Part shown: positions 24,899 through 38,300 of the stretch, one piece after another
Numbering within the stretch: the first letter of the stretch is position 1
Layout: every line of letters begins with the position of its first letter
DNA from: Hydrolagus affinis
Taxonomy: Eukaryota
Direction of reading: 5' to 3'
DNA: 64,000 bases
Assembly: GCA_012026655.1 (NCBI GenBank)
Contig: JAAILG010000030.1
Coordinates: forward strand, 62,001 to 126,000
Made by a program: the position numbers and the translations under genes
Notes under the pieces: generated by a model
Database searches by the model: none
Seen by the model: only the letters and a program-made list of their open reading frames with translations
Told to the model about the DNA's origin: nothing

Positions 24899-26573
24899 AA
24901 TTTGTGCGCGGTGAAGAACTGTCCTGTAAACGACGGAAGGTTTTTTTATTGGGGGGAAAAAGGAAAAGAAGATATTGTACTTTTGATTTGTTTTAGATTT
25001 TTGTTGAAGCAAATATATTTATAAAGAAATGTGTAATTGGGGAAAAAAAATAACCACTGTCATAGAAAGAGTACGATTAGAATGGGATTGAAAGCTCAAT
25101 AGTATTCCATAAGGGAATACAGTAATACAGCAGTTACCAAATGCATGTCTTATTACTGGATACCTAATGGATGCTAAATGCCTTCAGCACAAGTGAGAAT
25201 ATGTTATAAATAAAAAGGTAAAGCTCCTGCCACATATGCTAAATGTATAGCTGTTGTTGCAACATTCTTCTCTTGAACTATCCGTAACCGCTTGGAACCT
25301 ATTTAAAATAACCTTCTTGGCTTTTGTGTGTGTTTGTTGGACACTTTAATTGTCAAAACATCTAATCACATTTTCTTTGGTACTAAGTTGTTCTATTAAA
25401 ACGATGGAAATTAATCTAGCACAATTCAAAGATCAGTTCAGCGGTACCTTGTCTAATTTAGAATGTTGATTAAAAAAAATACACATTGAACATATTTAGT
25501 ATTCACAAATTACTTGTGCATTTTCATCAAGAATGAAGAATATACACATTATTTAGAAGGCATATAATGTACTTTAGGATACTAATGCACCAGCTATAAA
25601 TCCTTGATAATTTGTGATATTTCAGTCACTTGTTGAATGAATAATTTATGAATTACGTGTACTGTATATATTTACAATGTTTGTTATATTTACATATATA
25701 TACTGTATAACAATATATAAATGTTATGTGCGTGAGTTTCTTTGTCAGCCCATAATTTACCATACCCACAGAATATTATATTACAACTACATTTGAGAGA
25801 CAATAATATCTTCCAGCTATTTAGGTTAACGGGCAGTGTTTTGTGGGTTTTTAATAATACGTTGTGTTCTAGGACATGTGACTACAGCAGTCTGTTTTTC
25901 TCATGAATCGCCATAGCAACAGCCATTTCTTTGAAGTATGTTTTACCCTAGATTTGCTTCAATAATTCAGTATTAATTTTTTTGAAAAATGTTTCTGAAT
26001 TGGATACAGCCTGGTTTTGAGAGATTTAAAGCATTTTAGAATAAATGGAATCAAAATTTGTTACCAATGTGGATGCTTCTTGTCTGGGTTAGAAAAGTGT
26101 TTAAAAATCATGTTTCCTCAGTAACCTTTTTCATTTTATTGACTCAGCATTTGGAGAAGATCCAGCTGCATATAGCCCAAATCAGGCTTCAGTTGACAAG
26201 ATTGTGAATCATGGCCAGTCATTTACTTTTATTTGGCCAAATGAGTAAAGTGAAATCCACAATTTGCACAAATTAATATGAACTCAACTGATATCTTTAG
26301 AGTGACTGTGTTCTTTGCTTCATTCAGTACCCGGGGACGTCCGCCAGACATGAAAGCCACTGTATCAATGCAATTTGTTGTTGTTTCAGGAATTGAACTT
26401 GCATTTTATTTGTTTTAGTCAATAAAACAGACTATCAAACTCGAAATCTTAGTCCTAATACTCAAAGGCTGTTTTGAGCATCAGGTGCTGCAATTTTCTT
26501 GTCTGTATACTTGTACATGCCATTTCCTTACCCAGGTATTGTTTTACTTATGTATAATTCATGAAAGTGTGAA

Positions 26574-26684
26574 GAAAACTGAACTTTCCCAATCAGGAAA
26601 GAGCTAAAGATAATGAGAACGAGAATGAAAACTGAACTTTCCCAATCAGGAAAGAGCTAAAGATAATGAGAACGAGAATGAAAA
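26574..26684. repeat. Perfect 53-bp tandem duplication (2.1 copies)
   Basis: gaaaactgaactttcccaatcaggaaagagctaaagataatgagaacgagaat at 26574 and 26627. Confidence 0.97.
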
Positions 26685-26909
26685 TTGTTCGACCCAGACA
26701 GGAGCTGAATTGCCTTCCCTATTCATAATGTAGCAAGGGTGAAATGCCTTTATTTTAAGAAAAAGCAAAATGTTTAAATGTTCCTCTTTGATGGTTTCAC
26801 TTCACCACACACTTGGGTGAAAGATTAAGCTTTTGATTCATTATCAGCCAGCACTACTGTGACACTCGATGTTAGGTAGCTCAAGGTAAATCCAGATCAT
26901 TACTTTAGG

Positions 26910-27011
26910 ATATATAGTCAATTCACTTCATACTATATTCTGTGAATCGTTTTGAGACATCTCAGGATGTGATGAGGCGCTATATCAAATGCAAGGATTG
27001 CTATTATTATT
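26910..27011 (+). mobile_element. SINE 3' fragment (dominant family)
   Basis: agtcaattcacttcatactatattctgtgaa...gcgctatatcaaatgcaaggattgctattattat. Confidence 0.85.
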
Positions 27012-27024
27012 AGGATGTAACATG

Positions 27025-27290
27025 ACAGTAGAAAGAGAAGGCATGGGTTTAAAGTTGTACGGACAACTTTAGGAGAGATAGCGGGAGCTTTTTCTTTTCA
27101 CAGAGGTTAATCAGTCCATCGGAAGGGATTGCCTGGAGAAGTGTGGTAGAGGCCAGCACATGATACTAATTTTAAAAAAGCCGCTTAGTTCAATAATGGA
27201 GGTGGCGGTGGAGGGGGACAGTGTGTTCTAGAGAGTTGAGACCGGACAGGACAAAGCGCCTACTTCACTCAGACCAATGTTGTGATCTTA
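27025..27290 (+). mobile_element. CR1 LINE 3' end
   Basis: ggcatgggtttaaagtt...ttttcacagaggtt...ttgcctggagaagtgtggtagaggcc (degenerate GH.FK, FSQRV, LP..VVEA) followed by 3' UTR. Confidence 0.75.
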
Positions 27291-27477
27291 AAAAGTGACT
27301 CTGATAGTTCACTAAGTAAACCCTCATAGTTTGGTGGGTGAAATCATTGAGTGAAGAGGTGCTGTCCCATACAGACCTGTAAGCTTCTACTTTTGAACTT
27401 GCTATCCAGTCACCTTCTGTTCAGTGTGTACATGTATGGCTGCTGATAAAGAACAGGATTGACCAATCTATAGACTT

Positions 27478-27768
27478 ATAATAAATCATAATCCTTGCAT
27501 TTGATACAGCGCTTTTCACGTCTTCTAGATGTCTCAAAGCGCTTCACAGCATATAGTGCAAAGTAAATTTACTGTATATTTGTGGGCGGAATGCGGCAGC
27601 CAGTTGCAAACACCAGTGTTCCCACAAAGCAGTCGTTCATTGAAGTGGCCAATTTATTTTTGCTTTTTTTCTTGAGGGATTATTATCAGGCTTGTGGAGT
27701 AAGGAAACTTGCGCAAGATTTTGCCCTGCCGGGAATCTAACCCAGGTTTCTTGCTTGCAAGACGAGTG
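27478..27768 (-). mobile_element. Near full-length SINE (dominant family)
   Basis: Colinear with the 14533-14869 copy, lacking the A box. Confidence 0.9.
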
Positions 27769-28645
27769 AGTAACAGGACTTCCCATGATCGAATATTCCA
27801 CCAGGACTCCCTCTCTAGACGAGTAGATCAAGAAAGGACAATTGTTTTAGGTCCAAGAGGGCCGCTGCTTATATGAAGTGCTTTTCAGCATGAGTTGTGT
27901 TTTTCACCTGGAGGCATGTGGGCGGGTGGGGGTGGTGGGGGGAAACAAACAGAGCAAACCAGAAAAATGCCTTACAAAATTTTTTCTTGTAGGCGACGAG
28001 TCAATTCCTGACTTTGTATTTTGTGAAATAAAATGCTGTAGCCAAAGGCAATGCTCTGCATTGACAGTTTCCCCCCAAAATGTCTGGCGCTTGTTCGAAG
28101 GCTACACAGCTGTTAATTGCGTAGTTTTTTTTGTTATGACCAGGGAATTGGGTAAATGAAACCCTGACACAAAGAGGGATGTAAATGAGAATGTTCAGTG
28201 GTTATACGAGAAAAAGTTCAAAGAGTAAAAAATACTCTGTTTCATCTTCATCTATTTTGTGTGGCATCACGGTCAAAAGCCTTGAATTATAATTGGAGTT
28301 TAATACTGAACAGAAAACTTGAGATTTTAATTAATGTTTGCTTACTGTTTGCATTTGACTTGGAATACAAATTTCAGTCTGTTATTCTCTTATGTATTGC
28401 TTTTGAACTTCCAGCCTAAAGCAATGATCTGTTCGCTTTTCGTGTAATCATTTTGCATCAGTCACCTTGCATGTAGATTATGTATGTAAGTCATGAATGT
28501 TTTATAAAGCTGTAGGCCATTCCAAGTTAGCTTTGGATCTGGTAAATGTACAAGTACACAGACGAACTTGAAAAGAGTCAAAAAGTTGCACGTACATTTA
28601 TTTCTTATTTTTGAGTTGATACAATTCTACTTTGAGACTTAAGAA

Positions 28646-28861
28646 CAGTGATGGGCAATTTTGGGGGGGCGACTAACTAAATAAATTTACACTGGTGCGA
28701 GAAGCAGTGACCCACCAAACAGCCATGACAGTCCAGGTAATTCCACTTCAAATCAATACCTTGTTTCCAGTAGCCACCGAGCTGCGATACCCATAAATTA
28801 AGAGAAATGCAATAAAGGAAAATGTGTTTGATTGGCCGACCAAATAGATTGGCCACCACTG
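28646..28861. mobile_element. hAT-type MITE, about 216 bp
   Basis: TIRs CAGTGATGGGCAAT / ATTGGCCACCACTG (12/14 complementary); 8-bp flanks cttaagaa / ctgaaaag match at only 5/8. Confidence 0.55.
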
Positions 28862-31800
28862 CTGAAAAGTAAGGATCAAAAGGTCGAGCTAAATTTTTTT
28901 TTGAATGAATCAAATTAAAATAGTTAGAAATGACAAACGTAAGGAATTGGCACTTCCCTGCTTTATTTACATTTCAAATTCTGAAGATAAGACAGACTTA
29001 CTGGCAGTGTGATCAGGCAGAACCATTTGTCTTAACATGCAACCATTCATCATCAACAACTGCGTTGCTAACCAATACCGAGGCCAATTTTGTGGTTTTT
29101 CTCCATGGGGATTTTTAATTACCAATCAACTGAAATTACAATGTTTTAAACAATTCAATAACGAAATACTGCCAAATTCATATACCACATGGGATTATAA
29201 AATTGACCCCATTATTCCCCATTATCATACTATTTGAATAGAAAGATTATCACATCGCCAAAGTACAATTTTTTTAAAAATCCTTGCCTTTGATGTAGCA
29301 TTATTAGCCTGTAACATAGTAGATAAGGTCATGTAAAATAAAATTTTGTTCTAACCATTATATAGGTTCTTTGACATTTTGGTAATTTGGTAGCTGGACA
29401 TAAAGAGCCCCACTTCAAGTGACTTGCTAAATTTTCATTCTATGAAAAGCTGAAAAGAACTTTTGAAGAACATTGGAGAATAGTATACTTCTGAAAGAAA
29501 ATGCTGTTAGTAAATAGCGGAAAAGTAGCTGAGAGCTAAAAATGGTATCCAGCACAGCACATCCATTTGATTGCATGATATTTTGAAGCATGAGAGCACT
29601 CCAAATGTCTGCTCGCAAACTAGGGAATATTGCATCCTTCCCAAAAACTCGAGAACACCACTGGATTATTAAAACATCGACTGACTAATAAAAGTTCCTG
29701 TCTTTTACATTACATTATCAGTGCATAATGGAAGGCTCATAAATGTTGAGTTTTTTTTTCCCCTTGGAGTATCTGTGCCTTTGTGGTGATTCTATTTGCA
29801 GTTTGGTGACTCTTTAGATTCTGAAGGTATTTCCATCAGCGGTGTCTTCTATTCAAGACAAGAGCGCAAATTCCATTACAAAAATGCATCAATGCTACAG
29901 TTCGTAAACCAGGATTACTCCTCCATAAGAATACCAATGCACGTAATAATATCATCCTGCCTAAGGCTAGAGACTTTTTTTTCTTACATCTTGCACTTTT
30001 GGTGTTAATGGAAAACTGAATTATATTTTTCAGGATGTATATTTTACCGAAACAACAACAACAAATTACATTTGTTATAGCGCCTTTCACGTCAAAGCTG
30101 TCTGTGGTAAAAAGTCACCCAATGACACTAATAAAACATGCAGGTTGTAGAAGAATGTTTTGGGTCCTGAAAACAGGGCGTTTTAATATCCTTTGCACAA
30201 TCGTAATTGATGACCTAAATATTCTCATAATGAACAATTAATTAAACTAAAGTGCTTTAAGTTCAATAAAATTTTGCTGATTTTTGTTGCATTTAAAGTC
30301 CAATTAGTGCTTTATCCTATTCTTCACCATCAGCCTTACGGTGCTAGAGATCAATATCAACACATTTTAGACCACTCCATTACTCTACTGCTCTCAATGT
30401 TTATTCATCTTGCATAGATTTTGGAGAAATAATTTCAGTTCAGCATACAGTACAACCAAACTAATTTACTGTTTAACAGATTGATTTACATCTGCACAAG
30501 CGAAGCTCATTTATTCAAGAACAACAGACGCCACATTAAAGATTCATAACCGTATCTTTATATTGCATTACCTTTTGATAATTTCTATTAAGGAAATGAC
30601 ATGAATGTAATAAAGAAATAGCCGAACTTAAAAACAAAATCTTGAAAAGTAATGGGTATCCACTAATAAGATTAATTACCCTGGTGCATAGTTTGGCTGT
30701 TAAAACTGCGATAAAAGCTATGTGTTCATTATTTAAACATATTTTATGAAGAGCTACCTTTCCAAATGGTATCTAAAAAGCCTACAACATTATTCAATTC
30801 ATGATTGTTTGTAGAAAATTTCTATGTGCAAATTGACTGCGAATTCACATGCAAATACACAGTCATTACACTTTACAGAGACATCCTTAGATGTTTTGGT
30901 GGTATAATGTTTGTGTGCCTGTAACAGATCTGCTAAGGCTTCTGTGGCTGTTCTCCTACATAGAAATTTGTGTTTATTGAATAGTTGCAATTCTATCAAG
31001 ATCACAGGAGGAAAGCTTGCATCTTTAATCAATAATGGTATAAAATTGTAATGTGTACAGGTGATAGGTAACTCCAAACATGTCATGGATAGTGGGAATC
31101 TGTAAAAAGACAATGTTTTTATTTACATTGTAGAGACTTTGAATGTAGAGGTTCACGGTCAATTATTTTGGCCTAAGGCCACTGATTTGTTCGGATTTGC
31201 TACAACACGTTTAGGAGTCTGGGAGTATTTTGGTATTGATCCAATGCTAAAAATCTACTTCTCTGTCTAAACTCTATCGATTACCTCCTTGGAGAAGTGT
31301 ATAAAGGATTGAATGAATTGAAATTTCATTTCCGACAAGTTGTTCCTGTTATTTTTACTCTTTAGATGGAAAACCATAAATGTGTGACTGAACTTGATTT
31401 GGTCAATAGGTTTACTGAGAAATTTTATATGATTTCCTGAATTTAACAATGTAAAATAATGTTTTATTTTTTGTGGATGGGGTTGTACCTACATTGTTTG
31501 TTCATACACAACTTGCTGGATCAGGCAAAGGATTTTATTGAATGGAAAATAAAGAACAATTTTGGTTTAGATTTCTTTAAATATATAATCAGTGATAAAT
31601 TAACTTGGAAGATTTTAAAGATGCAATGCAGAATTAAATCGTTTTAAAGACAATTAAATAATAAATGCACATATTCACAAAAGAAAAAAATAAAGTATAT
31701 ATCATCACCCAGATTTACCAATAGGAAATTACATGGGAAGAAAGAATAATGATGATTCAGACTAACAATTCACTATAGCTTGGATTATATGTTGCACAGT

Positions 31801-33254
31801 TGTGTGGATTCATGAAAAGGCACGCTACAAATATTAAGGATGGATTGGATTCAAGTCCATGTGAAATTATACAATTTTTGACTTCTCTATTCCCTAACTG
31901 TCCTTCCCTCACAAACACCATCTTCATGTCTCCTGCTCACAAGGGGGGTGAATATAGATCTATAATCATCTTCCAGAATCTCACAATTCTCGCATTGAGC
32001 ATACTCTGAGATTGTCAGAATGACTTTAGAGCCTCACAAATGGCCAGTTCTAATGCTTTTTCTGTAGACCAAGACATTCATGCAGAGCCAATTCAGGATC
32101 TTAACTTGGGATAAATTTGCGCCTATCCTGGATGAAGTGTCATGAACCATATCATGGAATATGCATCATTGTTCTGCTTTACATGTAATTCGGTATTTCC
32201 TTTGTAAAGATTTGCAATTATACAACAGTATGCCATATCTGGAATGAACAGAAAGTATTGGAATTCACATTGTGTTGGACATAGAACATTTTCTGTAAAC
32301 AGGATGGTGCTAGAGACAAAGTATGATGGAAGGAATTACTTTTTCTTAACAAACCCAAACCTCTAAGTGGGTTTTCCTTCAAAGCAATTGTGTTTAAAAA
32401 TGATCTGTAAATCCCGGGCCTGGATTGACAAGTTTTGAGTACCATGTACTGATCTACAATCCTACTGGAAGCAGTTCCTTTCATGTACCCGCTATAAATG
32501 CAATGATATACTTAATGTAACCCCACAGAGAGTATTCAAATTATTGTTAAATGTGGAATACACAAGTGCGACTACAAAAATGAGGGATGTTCTTAGATTA
32601 TAGCTTTGCCTTGGATTTTATGATCTCAGTTAGCTGTTGAAGGGGCTTTGTTTGGTAATTGGTCTTCCTTCCCATGTAGCTGACATTGCATATATAATAT
32701 GATGACTATTAATGTGTTCCTGCCATTTCCTTTCCAGTTTAGAACCTGACAAGAAAATTTGTAGCTTGTCATATTCCCCAATAATAGCATTTGCTAGTAA
32801 AACTTTCAAAATGACAATTGCGCACAATTTATGGTATACTGCTGCAAAAAACAATAAGCAGTGAGGTTTTTGTTAAAAAAAATTGCATTTGCTGTAACAA
32901 TTAATTATTTTAGGATGAAATATTGTCACTATGAATACCGTGTTTTATTTTGATGATTGCCCAATAGTTAACATGTCATTAGCCAAGCAGTAAAATGCTT
33001 TCTTTCCTCATTTGTCAAATTGCTAACTCAGGTGAACCAGGAAGCAATGTGGAGGTCAGTCAATGTCTGATGCTCAGGATGCTGATGTCTGAATAATTAC
33101 ATCCTGTAGAGTTTAACCTAACTGCTAAATCTTATTTATTAAAAAAAAACTCAAATTCTGTTTTGTAAACATATAACGCTGTATTGTAAAGGACAGTTTG
33201 TCGCTTTGATTTTGAAATTGGAATGTGACTGCTGCAATATGTCTCACATAGACT

Positions 33255-33460
33255 TAAATAGACTGCACAGCAAAAAGAAACAAGCCATTCGATCCGACTA
33301 CTCCGACTACTCCGGTGTTTATACTCCACACGAGTCTCCGCGCACTCCTTACTCCCTCCCATACGCATCTATTCCCTGACTCTGTACTGTCTGCTTCAGC
33401 TAACACTTCAGGCAAAAAGTTCCACATTCTCCCTACCCTCTGCTTTTTGATACCCTCATC
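33255..33460 (-). mobile_element. CR1-type 3' end relic
   Basis: gccattcgatcc...ccggtgtttatactccacacgag...caggcaaaaagttccacattctccctaccctctg. Confidence 0.6.
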
Positions 33461-34934
33461 TTATACTTGTGTCCCCTGTCAAAGTGAACAATGGCCAGTT
33501 TTGAAAGGCCAGATAATTTGAGAAAGCAGCCATCTTTGGGATTTCCATTATTCTTTGGTTACAACAATTTTCTTGGATACAGTGGTGTAAAGTTTATTGG
33601 TATTAACAGCTGCTACAAGACAAGTGGTTTGGCATTCCTATTGCACCTGCGCGCTATGCACAGAAAACCAGCTGGTCAACAGCAACTTCTCTTGGTCGTC
33701 TTGGTATTTTCGGTAGTCGCTTTAACCAACAGCACATGACTTTCAAGATTAAACTATAGGGAGTCCAACCCACTGAAATAACTCAATATGGAATGGTTAC
33801 TCCCTGGACAATTTTAAAAATCATTCAAAATTACATGGTGATTTGCGATTGTGGGGTAAAAAGTTAATGTTTTCTACTTAATTCGGTTTAGCCAAAAGTC
33901 TTTCTTCATTTCTAAAGATCCAACATGGAATCCAGAAATGAAAATGCTTATAGAGGTTATCTGGTTATCTCAGGTTATTTAGATTTATATACTAAATCCT
34001 AAAATTATGAGCCACATCAAAGTTGCATTTTATTTAATTGGAATTGTATAATTTCTTGTTGAAATCCTACGGAGATAGAAATGAGCAATTAGTAGACCGT
34101 TTTGTAGAAATCGTTACCATTTTGTTTGGTAATATTTTATCTAACTACATTACTAAGTAAGTGAAAGGAGGCCATAACAAAATGAACAGATAAAATTAGT
34201 TTTAGGTTTTAATTGAATTATTAACTTGACATTGATCACGTACAACTTGCATAGTGCTTGAATCTATTTTACATAATTTCATCTGCAGCATTAGAGTGAT
34301 AGAATTATGCTTAAATATTAAATCTTTATAGCATTGCTGCATTTGTAAAACTTGACATCTCATAATATAAATTTTTCAGAACATTAATAACAGTTTAGTT
34401 TCTTGTCAGATGTTTTCACTTTGATTGAAGGATTTATATTGCATTTTATTGAAATCATTCTTATTAAGAATGAATTTGTAATCTATCACACAAATCATTT
34501 GAATGTAGCCCAGTACAGTATTTTTTTTATGAAAATTGATAGAAAAGTGACCCTTTTTTTCCCCAGAAGTACACAATAAAAGCAGGCAACATTTACATAA
34601 TGTGAAATGTAGATGTACAAGATAACAATTTGTTAAAAAATGTGAGTTCCACATTGTTGCTTAGCCACAACAATATGAGCTTCATCTTGTATAGATTCAT
34701 TTTGGTTTTCTGTGTACTGTATTAATTCCTTTCTTCAATTTATTGTGCTAATTTAAAATTGTTATAAGGAAGAATGTTAGACCGGATGTGTCTGAAAGAG
34801 AAATGCACAAATTTTACCAAAAATATGTGAAAACAATATTTCCATTTAAAAAGAATAATATAATCTTTGCTTTCAGTGTAGCATGTTCCATGTTGTGAGC
34901 AGGTCTCAAAGTGCTCACTGGATTTTATAAACCT

Positions 34935-35072
34935 CTGTTTAAAGTCTCATCTGAAGGATGACATCGCCAACAATGAAAGGCACCCCCTGCACTGCCTTGG
35001 AGTTTCAGCGTAGACTCTACTAGTTCAAAATGCTTTCTGACTCAAGAGATAAGAGTGCTACCAACTGAGACA
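34935..35072 (-). mobile_element. Old DeuSINE (SacSINE1/AmnSINE1-like) relic
   Basis: tttaaagtctcatctgaaggatgacatc...ggagtttcagcgtagac...ttctgactcaagagataagagtgctaccaactgag: Deu domain plus tRNA head, reversed. Confidence 0.65.
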
Positions 35073-35443
35073 GTCTCAAACACGATTGTGTTTTCTATTT
35101 ATCATCCCAGATTATGTATTTACCAAAAGTCTAGTCAGACGAGAGAGAGGGGAGTTATTGTATCAACCCCAGGGATTTGAGGCCAGGAAGAATTCCTTTT
35201 GTTGGCATTCGGATTTAATTAATAACTCCTGGGAGATGAAATAAAGAGTCAAGAAGGAAAACTACAGATGTGTGGGACATCTCATGAGATCTCAAGCAGA
35301 TTGTAGAGAAACATGGACAGGATCACTTTTCTCATCACCTTCTTCCACATGGATCTTGACCAGGCTGGTGGTGAGGCAGGATTAAGCATTGCTTAATTAT
35401 TTATGCAACAATGAATGAGGGCAAGTCATCTCAAGCTGCTCCT

Positions 35444-35462
35444 ATGCACCTCCTGGTGGCAA
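35444..35462 (-). promoter_or_regulatory. CTCF-like motif
   Basis: Minus strand TTGCCACCAGGAGGTGCAT versus TGGCCACCAGGGGGCGC. Confidence 0.45.
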
Positions 35463-37064
35463 TTTCATAATGTTGGCACAGGTGTGGGACAGGTCACCCA
35501 TCAGCTCTCTTGACCAGAGATGATTAGTGACACCAAACAAAAAAAGGACAAAATCATATTTACGTTAAATATATTGAATTTTCAGTCTATTTGAAATTAA
35601 ATAGTGTAAAGGTGTGGATCAAGGAATAAACATTTTTGCCGTAAGACTGCTCTATTTTAAACTTTAGGTTGTACAAAATATTTTTCTTAAATTCAACTCT
35701 AATTTGGATGCCTTTTCAGGCACTGCAGGTACAGACTTCCAATTTAAGGTAACCTTTTAGAAACTTCCATACTTTTGCACGGTTTCATTGCAAGAGAAAA
35801 TGGTCTTGGTGGGGGTTAGGAATTGGTGGAGTTTTGAGCCTCCCACTTTTTGCTAAGTAATCGTGGTGAAGGTTATGTGTTGCTACTGAATGGAGGGTGA
35901 CGAGGAGCAGTCAGTGACGGGTGCTCCATTGAAATTTAAAAAAATGCATGGGGCGAGTCTGAGAGAGAATTTATTTTTGATTGATGCAAAATGGGTGATA
36001 ACTAAGATATGTGATTCAGTGCAATTGCTCTTGCATTTTAGCAGCAGGAAGTTCTTCCTAATGAAAATATTATCTATCAAGAATAAATCATTGTTTTTCT
36101 GTGGTCTATTGATATCCAGAAATGTTGTCTTCTCAGAACCGTACTCTAATATTGTTCAGTTAGTCTGATTCCTGACCCCAATAAACATTGTCACTACATT
36201 GCTATCTACTTTGTATTCTTTGTTCACTATTTTATATTATTATTGATGGAATATGATTCTTTGATGTCTGAAACTAGGGAATACACAGAAAATATGGACA
36301 CTGTGGGAAGCTTCCTCCAGCTTGAATTCTTTGAGGGAAGGGCAGCAACTTTATTTTTTTTTAATCTTTAGGGAGTCCATAGAGTAATATGACTTGCATA
36401 TGAGCCTGCAAATTCAGATGCAATAAATACAATTGAGAAATATTGCACTGTCATTTGACAGAAATTGTGATTTGGTATTCAAAAATACAGCTCTTACAGA
36501 AATTACAGATATTAAAATGTGAATCAGTGCCTCAATTTTCCTGTAGTTTTATGACTATTAGGTTATTCTGTTTGATTGCTGAGCAGATCTACAGAGGATT
36601 GACAGTTCGCTGGCAAGCTTTCACTGCAAATCATACAAGAAAAAAAATTCAGTCTCATTGGACAATCTTCTGCCTGCATTAAAAATGTGGTATTTGACCT
36701 ACCTTAGACTGTTTAGTTTGCTTTCTTGATTTTAAAGAAACATTAACCCTATGTGGACTTTCATACATATCATTTAAATTCATATTTTCCCAATTTTCTT
36801 TAAGTTTTTATATCAGATATCAACTTGCATATGACAACAGTCATCCACCATCCAAGAACAATGTAGAACATAATATCATTATGTTATTTATTCAATTGCT
36901 GATAAAAGGCATAATGCCAACTGGAACATATAATTTTTGGCAGAAGAATTATCATCTTTACTCAACACTCCTTGTAATCCAGCATTCTGTAATTGACAGC
37001 ATTAGCAACTACTGTACCTCATCCTCGGATCTTTCTCGCTCTTGAATCTGTCAGAGACGTCGAA

Positions 37065-37290
37065 GAATCCTAGAATTCTAAAGCACAGAACCATTAAGTC
37101 TTGGCTAGCTTTCTAAAAGAGCTATCCATCTTGTCTCACCACTATCCTGCCTTTTTCCCAAGTAATTGTGTATCTTTCTTTATTCAAGTTCCCTTTGGAA
37201 AAATTCAGTATTATGGATTCTACTTCAATCACAGTTTTTGGTGGAGCATTGCATGCTCGAACCTCTCATAGGTTTGAAAAAAATTACTTA
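37065..37290 (-). mobile_element. CR1-type 3' end relic
   Basis: tagaattctaaagcacagaa...gctagctttctaaaagagctatcc...tctacttcaatcacag...gcattgcatgctcgaacctctc. Confidence 0.55.
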
Positions 37291-38129
37291 CCACATCCAT
37301 TTACCAAATTAGACAAGCACAGCTTTTCCTCCAGTTTCCCTTCATATCAAATTTCAGCAGCTTCGCTGAAATTGGGAGCTCAAAATGTGAGGTCACTTAA
37401 GCATTGCTTTGTATTAATGCACCATAACTGTTCACCATCAGGCTCCTCTTTCTTTCCTCACTAACAAAGTTGTGTCTGACCATTACGCTGTGGACATGGC
37501 CAAATTTTGATGGGAATATTGCATTAAATCAGGAAGTCAAAATTATGAACAAGTAAACCTATCTATTCCTGTCCCTCTACTCCCCTAGGAGAGATTGTGT
37601 CTGGATAAGTCATCTCTGACACTTTAAGTGTTAACAACTTTCGTGATTAGGTTGATCTCTGCCGCAAGATGCTTGTTGCCTTTGCGCACGTCCTCATCTT
37701 TGGATGAAAACCTTTCAGAAGTAAAAAGAAAAATAATTGATGATAAATCGAGCACTTCACTTAGTGTGCCGAGATCTAAATATAAACACACTTCTATTTA
37801 TCCAAACCACTCAAGAGTGTACATAACTGGAAATTAGCAATCAACAGGTTAAATTGACGAGAAAGGAATATAAGTGCGACTCCAAAGAGCACACGTCAAA
37901 TAATCCCGATGCGCTGTATGTTACGGCACTGTAAAAGTCAACGTCGTCTGGAATGTTGGAGCATTTGTCACAAAACTAAATTACAACTTGGACAAATTGT
38001 TCTTTTAATTGATTTGCAACAATTTGGTGTCCAGTGTGAGGCAACAAAACTAGAAGAACAGAACAGTCATACTCAAACATACTCAATCTCCACTGATTTG
38101 GAACAAGTGACTGGCTTAATCTCTAGGGC

Positions 38130-38300
38130 CAGAGAAAAGCAACATGGGTGATCCCCCAATATTGGTGAGATAAACTATGAGAAATTACTTGGTAAGATAG
38201 GTGCCTTGAAAGCCATGAAAATAGATGTCTCAAAATGAGCTTTCCGGAGGTATTTAAGATGCTAAAGGGGATAGCAAATGTATTAAGGTAGGGTGGGTAT
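38130..38300 (+). mobile_element. CR1 ORF2 relic
   Basis: Degenerate QRKATWVIP...NYEKLL...EVFKMLKGI. Confidence 0.55.

Noticed and set aside
26574-26684. CRISPR-like repeat or any prokaryotic system
   Set aside because: Head-to-tail duplication without spacers; the window is spliceosomal-intron vertebrate DNA with no bacterial-type genes.
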